This document shows positions 19,058 to 30,249 of a stretch of DNA of 64,000 nucleotides, piece by piece (within the stretch, counting starts at the first letter, position 1; each line of letters opens with the position of its first letter). The notes under the pieces were generated by a model, which ran no database searches, was not told where the DNA came from, and saw only the letters and a list, made by a program, of their open reading frames with translations. Made by a program: the position numbers and the translations under genes. Source of the DNA: an uncultured Pseudomonadota bacterium (lineage in GTDB: Bacteria > Pseudomonadota > Alphaproteobacteria > Acetobacterales > Acetobacteraceae); contig CAVRQM010000004.1 in NCBI GenBank assembly GCA_963723455.1, positions 37,324 through 101,323 of the forward strand, written 5' to 3'.

Positions 19058-19924
19058 TCAAACTCCGTGGCCGCTGAACCAGGCCAGCATCCGCCGCCAT
19101 CCGTCCTGGGCGTCTGCGGGCTTGTAGCTGGGGCGGTAGTCGGCGTGGAAACCGTGCCCGGCATCGGGATAGACCACGATGTCGGCGACCTTGCCGGCCT
19201 TGCGCGCGCGGCTGGCGGCGGCCTGCACGTCGGCGATGGCGATGCCGGGATCCTGCCCGCCGTACAGGCCCAGCAGGGGGCACTTCAATTCCGGGGCGAC
19301 ATCGGCCGCCGTGTGCGGCTGGATCGGGCTGGTCGGGCCGCCGATCGGCCCGTACCAGGCGACCGCCGCCTTCAGGTCGGGGTTATGCGCGGCATACAGC
19401 CAGGTGTCGCGCCCGCCGCGGCAGAAGCCGGTGACGCCGAGGCGCTCCGGGTCGCCGTGGTTCTGCGCCGCCCAGGTGGCCGCGCTGTCCAGGTCGGCCA
19501 GCATGGTCGCATCCGGCGCGCGCAGGATCACGTCGCGGATGATCTGCTGCACGTCGGACATCTTCGACAGGTCGGCGAGGCGCGCGTACAGCTCCGGCGC
19601 CACAGCCAGGTAGCCGGCATGGGCCAGCCGGCGGCAGACGTCGCGGATGTAGTCGTGGACGCCGAAGATCTCCTCGATTACCAGCACGATCGGGAACGGG
19701 CCGTCGCCCTGCGGCCGCGCGGCGTAGCCGGGCAGCGCGCCGTCCGCGACCGGGATCCGCACCGTCTCGGCCGCCAGCCCGTCGGCCGGCGTGTGGATCA
19801 CCTGCGCCTCGACCCGCGCGGCGGCCAGGGTCAGCCCGGCGATCAGGCCGCCGCCGATCATGCCGCGCCGGGCCAGCGGAAACCCGGCCAGACCCGTCAA
19901 GCCGTGCTTTGCCGTCGTGTCCAT
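19058..19924 (-). CDS. dienelactone hydrolase family protein (Tat-type signal)
   Basis: 288 aa starting MDTTAKHGLTGLAGFPLARRGMIGGGL. Motifs IVLVIEEIFGVHDYIRDVCRRLA, nucleophile elbow GVTGFCRGG, and YPDAGHGF. Confidence 0.85.
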   Translation of the reverse strand: MDTTAKHGLTGLAGFPLARRGMIGGGLIAGLTLAAARVEAQVIHTPADGLAAETVRIPVADGALPGYAARPQGDGPFPIVLVIEEIFGVHDYIRDVCRRLAHAGYLAVAPELYARLADLSKMSDVQQIIRDVILRAPDATMLADLDSAATWAAQNHGDPERLGVTGFCRGGRDTWLYAAHNPDLKAAVAWYGPIGGPTSPIQPHTAADVAPELKCPLLGLYGGQDPGIAIADVQAAASRARKAGKVADIVVYPDAGHGFHADYRPSYKPADAQDGWRRMLAWFSGHGV

Positions 19925-19997
19925 CGCAGCCCCCGATATGGTCGTGCGCCCGAGATACAAGGCGGCCGGCCGACGGGATGCAACGGGCGGCGGAATC

Positions 19998-20726
19998 TCA
20001 GGGGTAGGTCGGCAGCGACAGCTGGCTTTCGCCGTAGTGCTGGATCTGGGCGGCTTTCAGCCCGGGTGCGGTGACCCGGACCACCGGGGCCGGTCCCTCG
20101 GCGACCAGCACGTAGTTCAGGATCACCGCGGGGCCGCCGATCGCGATCGCGGCCCCCGGCAGCAGCTCGGCAGTGATGGTGTCCGATGCGCCCTGTACGG
20201 TCAGCGACCGGCAGCCGCCGCGCAGCACGGTGCGCAGCCCGTCGCCACGGATCAGCACGTCGCGCCCGCCGCAGGCCACGTCGTAGCCGGACCCCGCATC
20301 GACGATCAGCACCGGCGGGGGCGCCAGGATCGCGGCCAGGCGGTCGGCCGCGGCGCCATCGCGGGTATCCGGCAGCACCTGGTTGTCCGCGCCGCTGGTG
20401 CTGGCGACCGGCGGGCCCGCGGCGAAGCGGTACAGCACGCGGTTGCCGTCGCCGGTCACCCGCACGCGCCGGCCCGGCGCGAGGTCGATGGCCACGACGT
20501 TGCCCGATCCCCGGATGGCGAGGCTGCGGCACGCGCCGCCGAAGGTCAGCCGGTTGCCGGAGCCGATCACACTGGCCGCGCCGCCGCGGCAGTCGAACGC
20601 GGCGGCGGCGCCGTTGCCGGAGAACACGGCTTGCGCCCGCGCCACGGACGGGGGGCAGGCGGCCAGGACCAGGAGCAATGCCACCACGCCGGCTCTCGTC
20701 CAGCCCTGCGCCCTCGAGCTGGGCAT
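19998..20726 (-). CDS. DUF3060-like secreted repeat protein
   Basis: Signal peptide, then repeated modules of the form C.GG...V.GSGN.L...G.C..L...GSGN.V. Confidence 0.65.
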   Translation of the reverse strand: MPSSRAQGWTRAGVVALLLVLAACPPSVARAQAVFSGNGAAAAFDCRGGAASVIGSGNRLTFGGACRSLAIRGSGNVVAIDLAPGRRVRVTGDGNRVLYRFAAGPPVASTSGADNQVLPDTRDGAAADRLAAILAPPPVLIVDAGSGYDVACGGRDVLIRGDGLRTVLRGGCRSLTVQGASDTITAELLPGAAIAIGGPAVILNYVLVAEGPAPVVRVTAPGLKAAQIQHYGESQLSLPTYP

Positions 20727-20747
20727 TGCGGTGTCCGCGCCCCGCCC

Positions 20748-21968
20748 TCAGGCCGCCGCCATCGCGGCCCGCAGGTTCTCGTCGATGCGGCCGAGGAACG
20801 CCTGCGTGGTCAACCACGCCTGATCACGGCCGATCAGCACGGCGAGATCCTTGGTCATCGCCCCGCTCTCCACCGTCTCGACGCAGACCCGCTCCAGCGT
20901 CTCGGCAAACCGCGTCACGTCCGGGGTGGCATCGAAGCGGCCGCGATAGGCAAGCCCCCGGGTCCAGGCGAAGATCGAGGCGATCGGATTGGTGCTGGTC
21001 TCCCGCCCGCGCTGGTGTTCGCGGAAGTGACGGGTCACCGTGCCATGCGCCGCCTCGCTCTCGATGGTGTGTCCGTCCGGGCTCATCAGCACGCTGGTCA
21101 TCAGGCCGAGGCTGCCGAAGCCCTGCGCCACGATGTCGCTCTCCACGTCGCCGTCGTAGTTCTTGCAGGCCCATACATAGCCGCCCTCCCATTTCAGGGC
21201 GCTGGCCACCATGTCGTCGATCAGCCGGTGCTCGTACGTGAGCTTTTCCGCCGCGAAAGCCTGCCTGAACTCGGCGTCGAAGATCTCCTGGAACACGTCC
21301 TTGAACATGCCGTCATAGGCTTTCAGGATCGTGTTCTTGGTGGACAGGTACACCGGGTAGTGGCGCATCAGCCCGTAGTTCAGCGAGGCGCGGGCGAAGC
21401 CCTCGATGCTGGCGCGGGTATTGTGCATCCCCAGCGCCACGCCCGGACCGGTGAAGTCGTGCACCTCCAGCACGGTGGCCTCGCCGCCGCCTGCGGGCTG
21501 GAACTGCAAGGTTACGCGGCCGGGGCCGGGGATCTTCGTCTCGGCGGCGCGGTAGATGTCGCCGTAGGCGTGCCGGCCGATGACGATGGGCTGGGTCCAG
21601 TGCGGCACCAGGCGCGGCACGTTGGCGCAGATGATCGGCTCGCGGAAGATCGTGCCGTCCAGGATGTTGCGGATCGTGCCGTTCGGGCTGCGCCACATCC
21701 GCTTCAGACCGAACTCGGTCACCCGCGCCTCGTCCGGCGTGATCGTCGCGCATTTGACGCCGACGCCGTGACGGCGGATGGCGTGCGCCGCATCGACCGT
21801 CACCGTGTCGTCGGTAGCGTCGCGATGCTCGATGCCAAGGTCGTAGTAATCAAGCTGAACGTCGAGATAGGGCAGGATCAGCCTGTCCTTGATGAAGCCC
21901 CAGATGATCCGCGTCATCTCGTCGCCATCAAGTTCCACCAGCGGGGTCGTCACCTTGATCTTCGCCAT
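20748..21968 (-). CDS. icd: NADP-dependent isocitrate dehydrogenase (homodimeric, eukaryote-like type)
   Basis: 406 aa. [23 protein letters not shown]...KCATITPDE...[21 protein letters not shown]...[12 protein letters not shown]...[10 protein letters not shown]. Confidence 0.95.
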   Translation of the reverse strand: MAKIKVTTPLVELDGDEMTRIIWGFIKDRLILPYLDVQLDYYDLGIEHRDATDDTVTVDAAHAIRRHGVGVKCATITPDEARVTEFGLKRMWRSPNGTIRNILDGTIFREPIICANVPRLVPHWTQPIVIGRHAYGDIYRAAETKIPGPGRVTLQFQPAGGGEATVLEVHDFTGPGVALGMHNTRASIEGFARASLNYGLMRHYPVYLSTKNTILKAYDGMFKDVFQEIFDAEFRQAFAAEKLTYEHRLIDDMVASALKWEGGYVWACKNYDGDVESDIVAQGFGSLGLMTSVLMSPDGHTIESEAAHGTVTRHFREHQRGRETSTNPIASIFAWTRGLAYRGRFDATPDVTRFAETLERVCVETVESGAMTKDLAVLIGRDQAWLTTQAFLGRIDENLRAAMAAA

Positions 21969-21997
21969 GCCGTCCTCTGCCACGCGCCGCTTGCGCC

Positions 21998-22051
21998 GCC
22001 CATTCACACGATCGCGCCCATGCACACGATAGGGCCCATACACACGATAAG
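21998..22051. repeat. three in-phase 18-bp tandem direct repeats in the icd / deoxyribosyltransferase divergent intergenic region
   Basis: GCCCATTCACACGATCGC | GCCCATGCACACGATAGG | GCCCATACACACGATAAG. Consensus GCCCAT-N-CACACGAT-NNN. The block lies 30-84 bp upstream of the icd ATG. Confidence 0.9.
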
Positions 22052-22157
22052 GCTGGGACGGGCAAGCATGCCGGCCCAGCCCAGCGCCACCCCCGGCCAT
22101 TGCCCGGCCCGGGCGGCGCAGGATAGATCTGTGCCTGTCGAGCACGGGAGCGCCGGC

Positions 22158-22766
22158 ATGAGGGTCTATCTGGCCGGCCCGGACGTGTTCCTGCCCGACC
22201 CGCACGCCCGCGGCGCGGCGCTGAAGGCGGTGTGCGACGCGTGCGGCCTGATCGGCATCTTCCCGCTCGATCCGCTGGCGCAGGAGCCGCAATCCTGGTC
22301 GGCGCTGCCCGAGTGGCGGCGGATCGCGCTGCGCAACGAGGCGCATATCCGCGCCGCCGACGCCCTGATCGCCAATCTGACGCCGTTCCGTGGCCCCAGC
22401 GCCGATCCGGGAACGGTGTTTGAGCTGGGGTTCGCCCGCGCCCTGGGCCGGCCGGTGTTCGGCTGGAGCGCCGACCGGCGAGCCTTCACCGAGCGCACCC
22501 TGGCGCTGCTGGGCGCATCGGCGCGGCTCGATCCGGCCCGGAACGGTGGCCAGAACGGCGGGCAGGGCGGCTGGCGCGACGCCGACGGAATGGGGATCGA
22601 GGCGTTCGGCTGCGTGGACAACCTGATGATCGACGGCGCGGTGGCCAACTCCGGCGGCGAGATCGCGCAAACCGGGGGCGCGGCGGTATCCTGGTCGGAT
22701 CTGGACGCATTCCGCCTGTGCGCAGCCGCGGCGGCGCGCCTGCTTCGGGGTCAGGATCCGCCATAG
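22158..22766 (+). CDS. nucleoside 2-deoxyribosyltransferase family protein
   Basis: 202 aa. [15 protein letters not shown]...[31 protein letters not shown]...FGCVDNLMI. Confidence 0.75.
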   Translation: MRVYLAGPDVFLPDPHARGAALKAVCDACGLIGIFPLDPLAQEPQSWSALPEWRRIALRNEAHIRAADALIANLTPFRGPSADPGTVFELGFARALGRPVFGWSADRRAFTERTLALLGASARLDPARNGGQNGGQGGWRDADGMGIEAFGCVDNLMIDGAVANSGGEIAQTGGAAVSWSDLDAFRLCAAAAARLLRGQDPP

Positions 22767-23665
22767 GCGGAAATCAGCGGGTCGAGCCGGAACTCGTCCA
22801 CCAGGAAGTCGATGACCGCGCGCGTGCGCGGCGCCAGGAACCGCCGCGACGGATACACCGCGAAGATCGGGCGAGGCTTCGGTCGCCAGTCGCTCAGGAT
22901 GCGCCGGACCACGCCGCGGTCGATCTCGTCGCGCATCATCCACACCGGAACGCGCGAAATCCCCAGCCCGCCGACCACCGCGGCCAGCACGGCCTCGATG
23001 CCGTTGCTGCGGAAGCGGCCCTTGACGGTGACCGAGATCACGCCGTCGGCGCCCTGGAACACCCACTCGTCCGGGCTGGCCGCGCGGGTGAACAGCACGC
23101 ACTCATGCCCGGCAAGCTCGCTCGGGTGCGCGGGCTCGCCCATCCGCTCAAGGTATTCGACGGACGCCACGGTCTGCGCCGTGGTCAGCCCGATGCGCCG
23201 CGCCACGAGCGACGGGTCGGCGATCTCGCCCACGCGCACCGACAGGTCCAGGCCCTGCTGGATCATGTCCACAACGTCGTCCTCGATCAGCAGTTCGACC
23301 GTCAGATCCTTGTAGCGGTCGAGCAGCGAGCCGATGCGCGGGGCGACATAGACGCGGCCGAACACCGCCGGGCAGCCGAGCCGGACCAAGCCGGACGGCG
23401 AGGCGCGGCGCTGACCGATTGCCGCCTCGGTCTCGGCCACCGCATCCAGCACCAGATGCGCGTGGCCCAGCAGGTCGCGGCCGTCCTCGGTCAGCGTCAG
23501 GCTGCGCGTGCTCCGCTGGAACAGCCGCACCCCGAGATGCTGCTCAAGCTGCGCCACTTGGCGCGATACCGCCGGCTGGGTCGCACCCATCTCGCGCGCC
23601 ACCGCCGAGAAGCTGCCGGTCTCGGTGATCCGGACGAAGGTGCGGAAGGCGACGAGCAAATCCAC
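22751..23665 (-). CDS. LysR-family transcriptional regulator
   Basis: 304 aa. The HTH is [45 protein letters not shown]. It is divergent from the peroxiredoxin-like gene. Confidence 0.9.
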   Translation of the reverse strand: MDLLVAFRTFVRITETGSFSAVAREMGATQPAVSRQVAQLEQHLGVRLFQRSTRSLTLTEDGRDLLGHAHLVLDAVAETEAAIGQRRASPSGLVRLGCPAVFGRVYVAPRIGSLLDRYKDLTVELLIEDDVVDMIQQGLDLSVRVGEIADPSLVARRIGLTTAQTVASVEYLERMGEPAHPSELAGHECVLFTRAASPDEWVFQGADGVISVTVKGRFRSNGIEAVLAAVVGGLGISRVPVWMMRDEIDRGVVRRILSDWRPKPRPIFAVYPSRRFLAPRTRAVIDFLVDEFRLDPLISAYGGS

Positions 23666-23789
23666 GACTTGTTACTTCCTTGCATGAACGCCATCGGCCG
23701 CGTCACGCTACCTGTCTGATGCGGCCGGGACGATATGCTGACCTGTCATGGCGCCGGACACGCGGCGCCCAGGGAAGGAGAGCGAGATC

Positions 23790-24461
23790 ATGGACGGGCT
23801 GTCACGCCAGCTCGACGCCTTCATGCAGGGCCTGCTCGAGCGCACCGACCCGGCAATCGCGCAGGTCATGCAGGCGCAGGCTCAGGCGCTGGCCGATGCG
23901 GGGCTGCTCGACCGGGCGCTGCGCGCCGGCGACATCGCCCCGGAGTTCGCGCTGCCCGATCAGGCGGGGCGGGTGGTGAGCCTGCGCGAGCTGCTGGCGC
24001 GCGGCCCGGTGGTGCTGACGTTCTTTCGTGGCGGCTGGTGCCCGTTCTGCACGCTCGCGCTGCGCGGTCTGGCGAAGAAGCTGCCGGAGCTGCGGCGTCA
24101 GGGCGCCGAGGTGGTGGCGATCTCGCCGCAGGCCAGCGGCGGCGCGCAGCAAACCGCCGAGCGCAACGGCCTGAGCTTCCCGGTGCTGGTGGATCACGAC
24201 AACCAGGTCGGGCGGCGCTACGGCTTGGTCTATGAGCTGGGGCCGGAGCTGCGCGCCGTCTATGAGCGGCTCGGCCACGCGCTGCCGCAGCTGAATGACA
24301 GCAAGGAGTGGGCGCTGCCGGTGCCGGCCGGCTTCGTAATCGGCCAGGACGGGCGCGTGGCGTACGCGCATGTGGACGCCCGCGTCAACCGCAGGCTGGA
24401 GCCGAGCGAGGCGGTGGCGGCGGTCCGCAAGCTGTGCACGGGCAACCCCGCCGTTGGATGA
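23790..24461 (+). CDS. peroxiredoxin-like (AhpC/TSA-redoxin fold) protein
   Basis: GGAGAG ribosome-binding site. Motif PVVLTFFRGGWCPFC, then AISPQ...FPVLVD. Confidence 0.8.
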   Translation: MDGLSRQLDAFMQGLLERTDPAIAQVMQAQAQALADAGLLDRALRAGDIAPEFALPDQAGRVVSLRELLARGPVVLTFFRGGWCPFCTLALRGLAKKLPELRRQGAEVVAISPQASGGAQQTAERNGLSFPVLVDHDNQVGRRYGLVYELGPELRAVYERLGHALPQLNDSKEWALPVPAGFVIGQDGRVAYAHVDARVNRRLEPSEAVAAVRKLCTGNPAVG

Positions 24462-24505
24462 CGGTCCTTTCGCTCCGGCCAGGGCGGCCGCATGTCGCGC
24501 CCGGA

Positions 24506-25249
24506 TCAATACCGCCGCAGCAGCGCCACCAGCCGGCCCTGGACGCGGACCTTGTCGGCGGGGAAGATTTGCGCCTCATAGCGGCCGTTCGCCGGCTCCA
24601 GCGCGATCGAGTTGCCGCGCCGGCGCAGGCGCTTCAGCGTCACCTCGCTGTCATCGATCATTGCCACCACGATCTGCCCGTTCTCTGCGGTTTCGCCCTT
24701 GCGGATGATGACTGTGTCGCCGTCGTGGATGCCGGCCTCGATCATCGAATCTCCGGCGACCTCCAGCGCGTAGTGTTCGCCCCCGGTCACCAGGGCGACC
24801 GGGACCTCGATCTGGCTGCCGGCGTCGCGCAGCGCCTCGATCGGCAAGCCGGCGGCGATGCGGCCGTACAGCGGCAGCTCGACCGCCCCCACCTCCTTGG
24901 CAGTCCGCACGCCGGGCAGGCGGCCGGTGAAGTCGCCCCGGATCACGTTCGGCGAAAAGCCGGGCGGCGATCCTGCCGGGCCGAGTTCCGGCGCGGCCGG
25001 TTCCTGCGCCAGGCCGGCGGCGGCGAGCGGCGGCGCGCCGGGCAGGCGCACGATTTCCAGCGCCCGCGCGCGGTGGCGGCGGCGCGCCAGGAAACCGCGC
25101 TCCTCCAGCGCCAGGATCAGCCGGTGGATGCCGGACTTCGATTTCAGATCCAACGCCGCCTTCATCTCCTCGAAGCTCGGCGAGAAGCCGGTAGCCTTGA
25201 GGTGTCGGTCGATGAACATCAGCAGGTCGTGCTGCTTGCGCGTCAGCAT
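24506..25249 (-). CDS. lexA: SOS repressor LexA (long Pro/Ala linker typical of alphaproteobacteria)
   Basis: 247 aa. [33 protein letters not shown]...[15 protein letters not shown]. Cleavage and protease part PLYGRIAAG...[15 protein letters not shown]...TLKRL. Confidence 0.95.
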   Translation of the reverse strand: MLTRKQHDLLMFIDRHLKATGFSPSFEEMKAALDLKSKSGIHRLILALEERGFLARRRHRARALEIVRLPGAPPLAAAGLAQEPAAPELGPAGSPPGFSPNVIRGDFTGRLPGVRTAKEVGAVELPLYGRIAAGLPIEALRDAGSQIEVPVALVTGGEHYALEVAGDSMIEAGIHDGDTVIIRKGETAENGQIVVAMIDDSEVTLKRLRRRGNSIALEPANGRYEAQIFPADKVRVQGRLVALLRRY

Positions 25250-25274
25250 CGCGGGGTCTCCGGTCCGGATGCCG

Positions 25275-25289
25275 GAACAAACCGGCAAC
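25275..25289 (-). promoter_or_regulatory. candidate alphaproteobacterial SOS box upstream of lexA
   Basis: On the gene strand it reads GTTG-CCGGTTT-GTTC, one mismatch from the GTTC-N7-GTTC direct repeat. It lies about 26-40 nt upstream of the lexA ATG. Confidence 0.4.
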
Positions 25290-25322
25290 GACATTCCTTC
25301 TACGGAGCCGTCCGTTCCCAGG

Positions 25323-28300
25323 TCAAGCGCCGTCTGTGCCCGGGGGCGCCGTGCCGAGCAGCTCGCGGATGCGTTCGGCAAGCGTCTCCAGGGCAAACGG
25401 CTTGGGCAGAAGATGCACGTCCGGCGCCAGGCGGCCGCCCCTCGCGCCGTCGCCGATCGATTGTCCGGTGATCAGCAGCACGCGCACGCCCGGCCGCGCA
25501 GCACGGCCGGCGTCCGCGACCTGCCGGCCGTTCATCCCGCCCGGCAGGCCCACATGCGTCACCAGCACGTCGATCGGCACGTCCGAGCGCAGCACCTGCA
25601 TTGCCGCCGCGCCGTCCTCCGCCTCGATCAGCTGCAGCCCCAACGTCGCCGCGACCTCCGCGACCAGCAGCCGCACCGAGGCTTCGTTGTCCACCACCAG
25701 CACCGTCCCGCCCTGTCCCGCAAACTCCGCCGCCTCGGCCCGGTGCGGTCCGGCGGCAGCTTCGCCCTGCGCGTGGCGCGGCAGGTACAGCGTGATCGTG
25801 GCGCCCTGGCCCGGCGCTGACCTGATGCGGATGTCGCCGCCGGACTGCCGGGCGAAGCCATAGGTCATGCTCAGACCCAGCCCGGTGCCCTCCCCGGGCG
25901 GCTTGGTCGTGTAGAATGGGTCGAACGCGCGCGCGATCACCTCCGGCGGCATGCCGGTCCCGGAGTTGGCCACCGACAGCGCCACGTAGTCCCCCGCCGG
26001 TGCATCACCCGGCTGCAGCTGGTGCGCGGCAAACGAGCGGTTGGCGGTGGCGATGGTCAGCCGGCCGCCATCGGGCATCGCGTCGCGCGCATTGATGCAC
26101 AGGTTGAGCAGCGCGTTCTCGAGCTGGTTGGGGTCGATCAGCGTGGGCCACAGCCGGTCGGCCGCGACGACCTCGACGGCGATCGCCGCTCCCACGGTGC
26201 GGCGGACCAGTTCCTCCATCCCCGCCACCAGGCGGTTGACATCGGTGGCGCGCGGTTCGAGCGGCTGCCGGCGGGCAAAGGCCAGCAGCCGGTGGGTCAG
26301 CGCCGCCGCCCGCCGCGACGCGGTCTGCGCCGCCTCGATGTAGCGCGGCAGGTCGTCCAGGCGACCCTGCGCCAAGCGCCGCTCCAGCAGTTCCAGGCTG
26401 CCGGTGATGCCGGTGAGCAGGTTGTTGAAGTCGTGCGCGATGCCGCCGGTCAGCTGGCCGACCGCCTCCATCTTCTGCGACTGGCGCAGCTGTTCCTGGG
26501 TCGCAGCGAGCGCCGCCTCGGCCGCCTTCTCGGCGGTGACGTGGCGGCCGCTGGCGTACACTACGTCATCCGCCGGCGCGGCCACCCAGGAGATCCAGCG
26601 CCAACTGCCGTCACTGTGCAGGTAGCGGTTCTCATAGACCGGCAGGCTCGCCGCGACGGCGACCTCCAGCGCGCGGGCGCTTCCGGCGTGGTCGTCGGGG
26701 TGGACGAAGTCGAGGTAGTTGCGCCCGACCACCTGCTCGGGCCGCCATCCCAGGATGTCGGTCCAGGCCTCGTTTGCCGCGCGAAACACCCCGGCTCTGT
26801 CCAGCACCACCTGCAGGTCGCGCGAGTGTTTCCAGGCCTGGTCGCGCTCGCGCGTGCGCGCCTCGACCTGGCGCTCCAGCTCCTCGCGTGAGCGGGCAAG
26901 CACCTCGCGCGCCTCGACGATCTCCTGGATGTCGGTGCAGGTGCCGAACCACTGGGCGACGGCGCCGTCCTGGTCGAATATCGCGGTGCCGCGCGTCTTG
27001 AACCAGCGATAGCGGCCGTCGCGCCTGCGGATGCGGTAGTCGATGTCGTACGGATGGCGGCCTTCCACCGCGCCCAGCCAGTGCGCCAGAGTCGCTCGCG
27101 ATCGTCCGGGTGGATCACCCGGTCGAGCCAGTGAAGGTCGAGCTGGTCGGCTGCCGCCTGGCCGGTGAACTCCACCCACTGCCGGCTGAGATAGTCGCAG
27201 CGGCCATCGGGCCGGCAGGTCCAGACCAGCTGCGGCAGGGTTTCGGTCAACGTGCGGTAGCGTTCCTCGCTGCGCGCCAGGCGCTGCTCGGCATGCTTGA
27301 GGTCGGTGATGTCGCGCCCGACCGAGACCAGCTGTTCCGGCCGTCCGTCCGGGGCGGGCAGCGGCGAGATCACCACGTCCCAGCACTTCGGCGTGCCCCT
27401 GTGGGTCGGGCAGAAGCCCTGGAACCGACCGATGCCGCCCGCCCTCGCCTGTGCCAGGGCCGCCTCCGCCGTTGCGCGATCCTCGCCCTGCCAGACGCGC
27501 AGCCAGGACAAGCCGATGATCGCATCGGCGTCGGAGATCTCCATCGCCTCGATGCCGCCGGGGCTGACGAAGCGGGTGTAGCCCTCCAGGTCGAGCACGA
27601 CGATACAGTCGCGGCTGGAGTTCAGGATCGCCGCGTTCAGGCCCTGCGCCTCGCGCAGCGCGACGGCGGCGAGCCGCGGCTCGGTGCGGTCGCGCAGGAT
27701 CTTGAGGAACCCGAGATGCTCACCGCCATTGCCGCGCAGCGGCATCAGCTCGCCGCTGGCCCAGAATTGCGAGCCGTCGCGGCGCAGGTGCCAGCGTTCG
27801 TCGCCGGCGCGGCCGTGCGCCACGGCAAGCCGCATTTCGGTCCGCACCCGACCGGCGGCGCGGTCTTCCGGCGTGAAGATCCGGTCCAGCGGCTGACCGC
27901 GCATGTCCTGCGCGGGCCAGCCCAGGATGCGCTCGGCGCCGGTGTTCCAGTCGGTCACCAGGCCGTCGCGATCGGTGGCGACGATCGCGAAGTCCAGCGC
28001 GCTCTGGAAGATCGCCCGCTGTCGTTGTTCGCTCCCATGCTCGCGGCGCAGCGCGAGGCGCAGGTCCAGCAGCGTGACCACCTGCCGAGCCAGCGCCTCC
28101 AGCGCGGCGATTTGCCCCTGCGCCAGCGTGCGCGGCTGATGGTCGAGCACGCACAGCGTGCCCAGCGCCAGCCCGGCCCCGGTCATCAGCGGGACGCCGG
28201 CGTAGAAGCGCAGGCCGAGCAAGGCGGGGTTGGCGGCGTGCTCTGGCGCGGCCTGAGCGTCGGGAATGACGACGGGCGCGGCAGCCGCGACCACGAGCGG

Positions 28301-28534
28301 GCAGAACCCGGCATCCAGGGGCGCCTCGGTCGCCGCGAACCCGATCCGGGCCTTGAACACCTGCCGGTGGTCGTCGATGAACGTCACCAGGGCGATCGGC
28401 GTGCCGCAGATCTGGGCGGCGAGCCGGGCGATGTCGTCGAAAGCCGGCTCGGCCGGCGTATCCAGGATCGCGTACTCCTCCAGCGCGGCGACGCGCCGGG
28501 CTTCGGGATCTGATTGTTGCGGGTCGCCGTGCAT
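25323..28534 (-). pseudogene. GAF-PAS-PAS-PAS hybrid sensor histidine kinase / response regulator, one frameshift
   Basis: Two long same-strand ORFs overlap. The N-part (28534 frame) has GAF plus PAS modules and ends its sensible sequence at ...LDRVIHPDDRE. The C-part (27386-25323 frame) continues ATLAHWLGAVEGRHPYDIDYRIRRRDGRYRWF, then H-box [19 protein letters not shown], the ATPase domain (GTGLGLS) and a receiver domain. The join is at about 27095-27110. Confidence 0.8.
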
Positions 28535-28563
28535 CCTGCGTCGCTATTCCTGTCGTGGGCGGG

Positions 28564-29772
28564 TCAGAGGCCCAACGCGTCCAAGCGGATCACGTCCACC
28601 GCGCTGCCGGCGGCCAGGGCCGGGGCGTGCGGCGCGCGCAGTACCAGCGCATCGGCGCGGGCGAGCAGGCGCATGTGCCCCGAATCCTGCGCCGCGAACG
28701 GCGTAGCCCGCAGCGCTCCGCCGGGCAGGCGGTCGAGGCTGGCGCGCAGGTGGTCGGCCCGCAGATCGTTGGCCGGCACGGCCGCGCCCAGGATCGCGGC
28801 GGCCGGAGCAGGCGAGTCGCCAGGCAGGCCGGACAGCCGCTCGATCGCGGGCAGCGCAAACAGCAGCGCCGTCACCATTGCCGAGACCGGGTTGCCGGGC
28901 AGCCCCAGGACCGGGCGGCCGTGCAGGCGGCCATGCAGCAGCGGCTTGCCCGGGCGCATCGCCACCTTCCAGAAATCCATCTCCATGCCCTGCTCCAGCA
29001 GCGCCTGCCGGGTCAGGTCGTGCTCGCCGACGCTGGCGCCCCCGCTGGTCAGCAGCAGGTCGAAATCGGCCGCGGCCGCGAGCGCGGCCGCCAGGCCGAC
29101 CCGGTCGTCCGGCGCGATCGGCAGCAGGCAGGGCTCGCCGCCGGCGGCGCGCACCAGGGCGGCGAGCATGTGCGTGTTGGAACTGACCACGCCGCCGGGC
29201 GGGATCGGCTCTCCGGGCAGCGCGATCTCGTCGCCGGTTGCCAGGATGCCGACGCGCGGCCGCCGATGCACGGTCAGCCAAGCATGGTCGGCGGCCGCGG
29301 CCAGGCCGATGTCGCGCGCGCCAAGCCGGCGTCCGGTCGCCACCAGCACCTCGCCGGCCGCGAAATCCTGGGCGGCGGCGCGGATGTGCCGGCCCCGCAT
29401 CGCTGCCTCGGTCGCCACGATATGCTCACCGTCAACGGTGGCGTCCTCCTGCAGCAGCACGCTGTCGGCGCGCGCGGGCATGACGCTGCCGGTGAACACG
29501 CGCAGCGCCTCGCCCGGCCCGAGGCCGGCGCCGGTCCAGGGATGCCCGGCCGGCGCGGCGCCGACCACCCGCAGCCGGCCGCCCGCCATCGCGTCGCCGG
29601 CGCGCAGGGCGTAGCCGTCCATCGCCGAGACGTCCTGCGCCGGCTGCGCGCGCCGCGCGGCCACGTCGGCCGCGCCCACCCGGCCCCAGCCCTGCGCCAG
29701 CGGCACCATCTCCGCGCCGGTCGAACGCAGCCCGGACAGGATCCGCGCGCGCGCCTCGGCAACCGGGATCAC
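28564..29772 (-). CDS. moeA: molybdopterin molybdotransferase
   Basis: 402 aa. MIPVAEARARIL...SAMDGYALRAGD...ILATGDEI...LLTSGGASVGEHD...VAMRPGKP. Confidence 0.9.
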   Translation of the reverse strand: MIPVAEARARILSGLRSTGAEMVPLAQGWGRVGAADVAARRAQPAQDVSAMDGYALRAGDAMAGGRLRVVGAAPAGHPWTGAGLGPGEALRVFTGSVMPARADSVLLQEDATVDGEHIVATEAAMRGRHIRAAAQDFAAGEVLVATGRRLGARDIGLAAAADHAWLTVHRRPRVGILATGDEIALPGEPIPPGGVVSSNTHMLAALVRAAGGEPCLLPIAPDDRVGLAAALAAAADFDLLLTSGGASVGEHDLTRQALLEQGMEMDFWKVAMRPGKPLLHGRLHGRPVLGLPGNPVSAMVTALLFALPAIERLSGLPGDSPAPAAAILGAAVPANDLRADHLRASLDRLPGGALRATPFAAQDSGHMRLLARADALVLRAPHAPALAAGSAVDVIRLDALGL

Positions 29773-29775
29773 CGT

Positions 29776-30249
29776 CTAGTCCTGGACGAAATCGCCGGAC
29801 GCGCCGCCCGATTTGGACGTGACCCGCACCGCCTCGATCCGCATGCCGCGGTCCACCGCCTTGCACATGTCATAGACGGTCAGCGCCGCCACGGTCACCG
29901 CCGTCAGCGCCTCCATCTCGACGCCGGTGCGCCCGGTGGTGCGGACGGTCGCCGAGATCGCCACGGCGTCCGGGCCATCCTCAAGCAGATCGACCACGAC
30001 GGCGGCGAGCGGCAGCGGATGGCACAGCGGGATCAGCTCGGCGGTGCGCTTGGCGGCCATGATGCCGGCCAGGCGGGCGACGCCGAACACGTCGCCCTTT
30101 CTCGCCGCGCCATCGGCGATCATGCGCAGCGTCTCCGGCTGCATCGCGACACGGCCCCGCGCCGTGGCGCTGCGTTCGGTCACCGGCTTGTCGCCGACAT
30201 CGACCATCGCGGCATGGCCGGCGGCATCGAAATGCGTCAGCCGGGTCAT
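29776..30249 (-). CDS. moaC: cyclic pyranopterin monophosphate synthase accessory protein
   Basis: 157 aa. [25 protein letters not shown]...[29 protein letters not shown]...[11 protein letters not shown]. Confidence 0.95.
   Translation of the reverse strand: MTRLTHFDAAGHAAMVDVGDKPVTERSATARGRVAMQPETLRMIADGAARKGDVFGVARLAGIMAAKRTAELIPLCHPLPLAAVVVDLLEDGPDAVAISATVRTTGRTGVEMEALTAVTVAALTVYDMCKAVDRGMRIEAVRVTSKSGGASGDFVQD

Noticed and set aside
21998-22051. Possible CRISPR array.
   Set aside because: There are only three abutting 18-bp units with no spacers, and there are no cas genes. It is a tandem repeat, not a CRISPR.
22158-22766. Nucleoside 2-deoxyribosyltransferase-like gene as a defence or NAD-depleting effector.
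   Set aside because: It is a stand-alone gene between icd and a LysR regulator, with no sensor or partner genes. Its length and motifs fit ordinary alphaproteobacterial NDT-family proteins.
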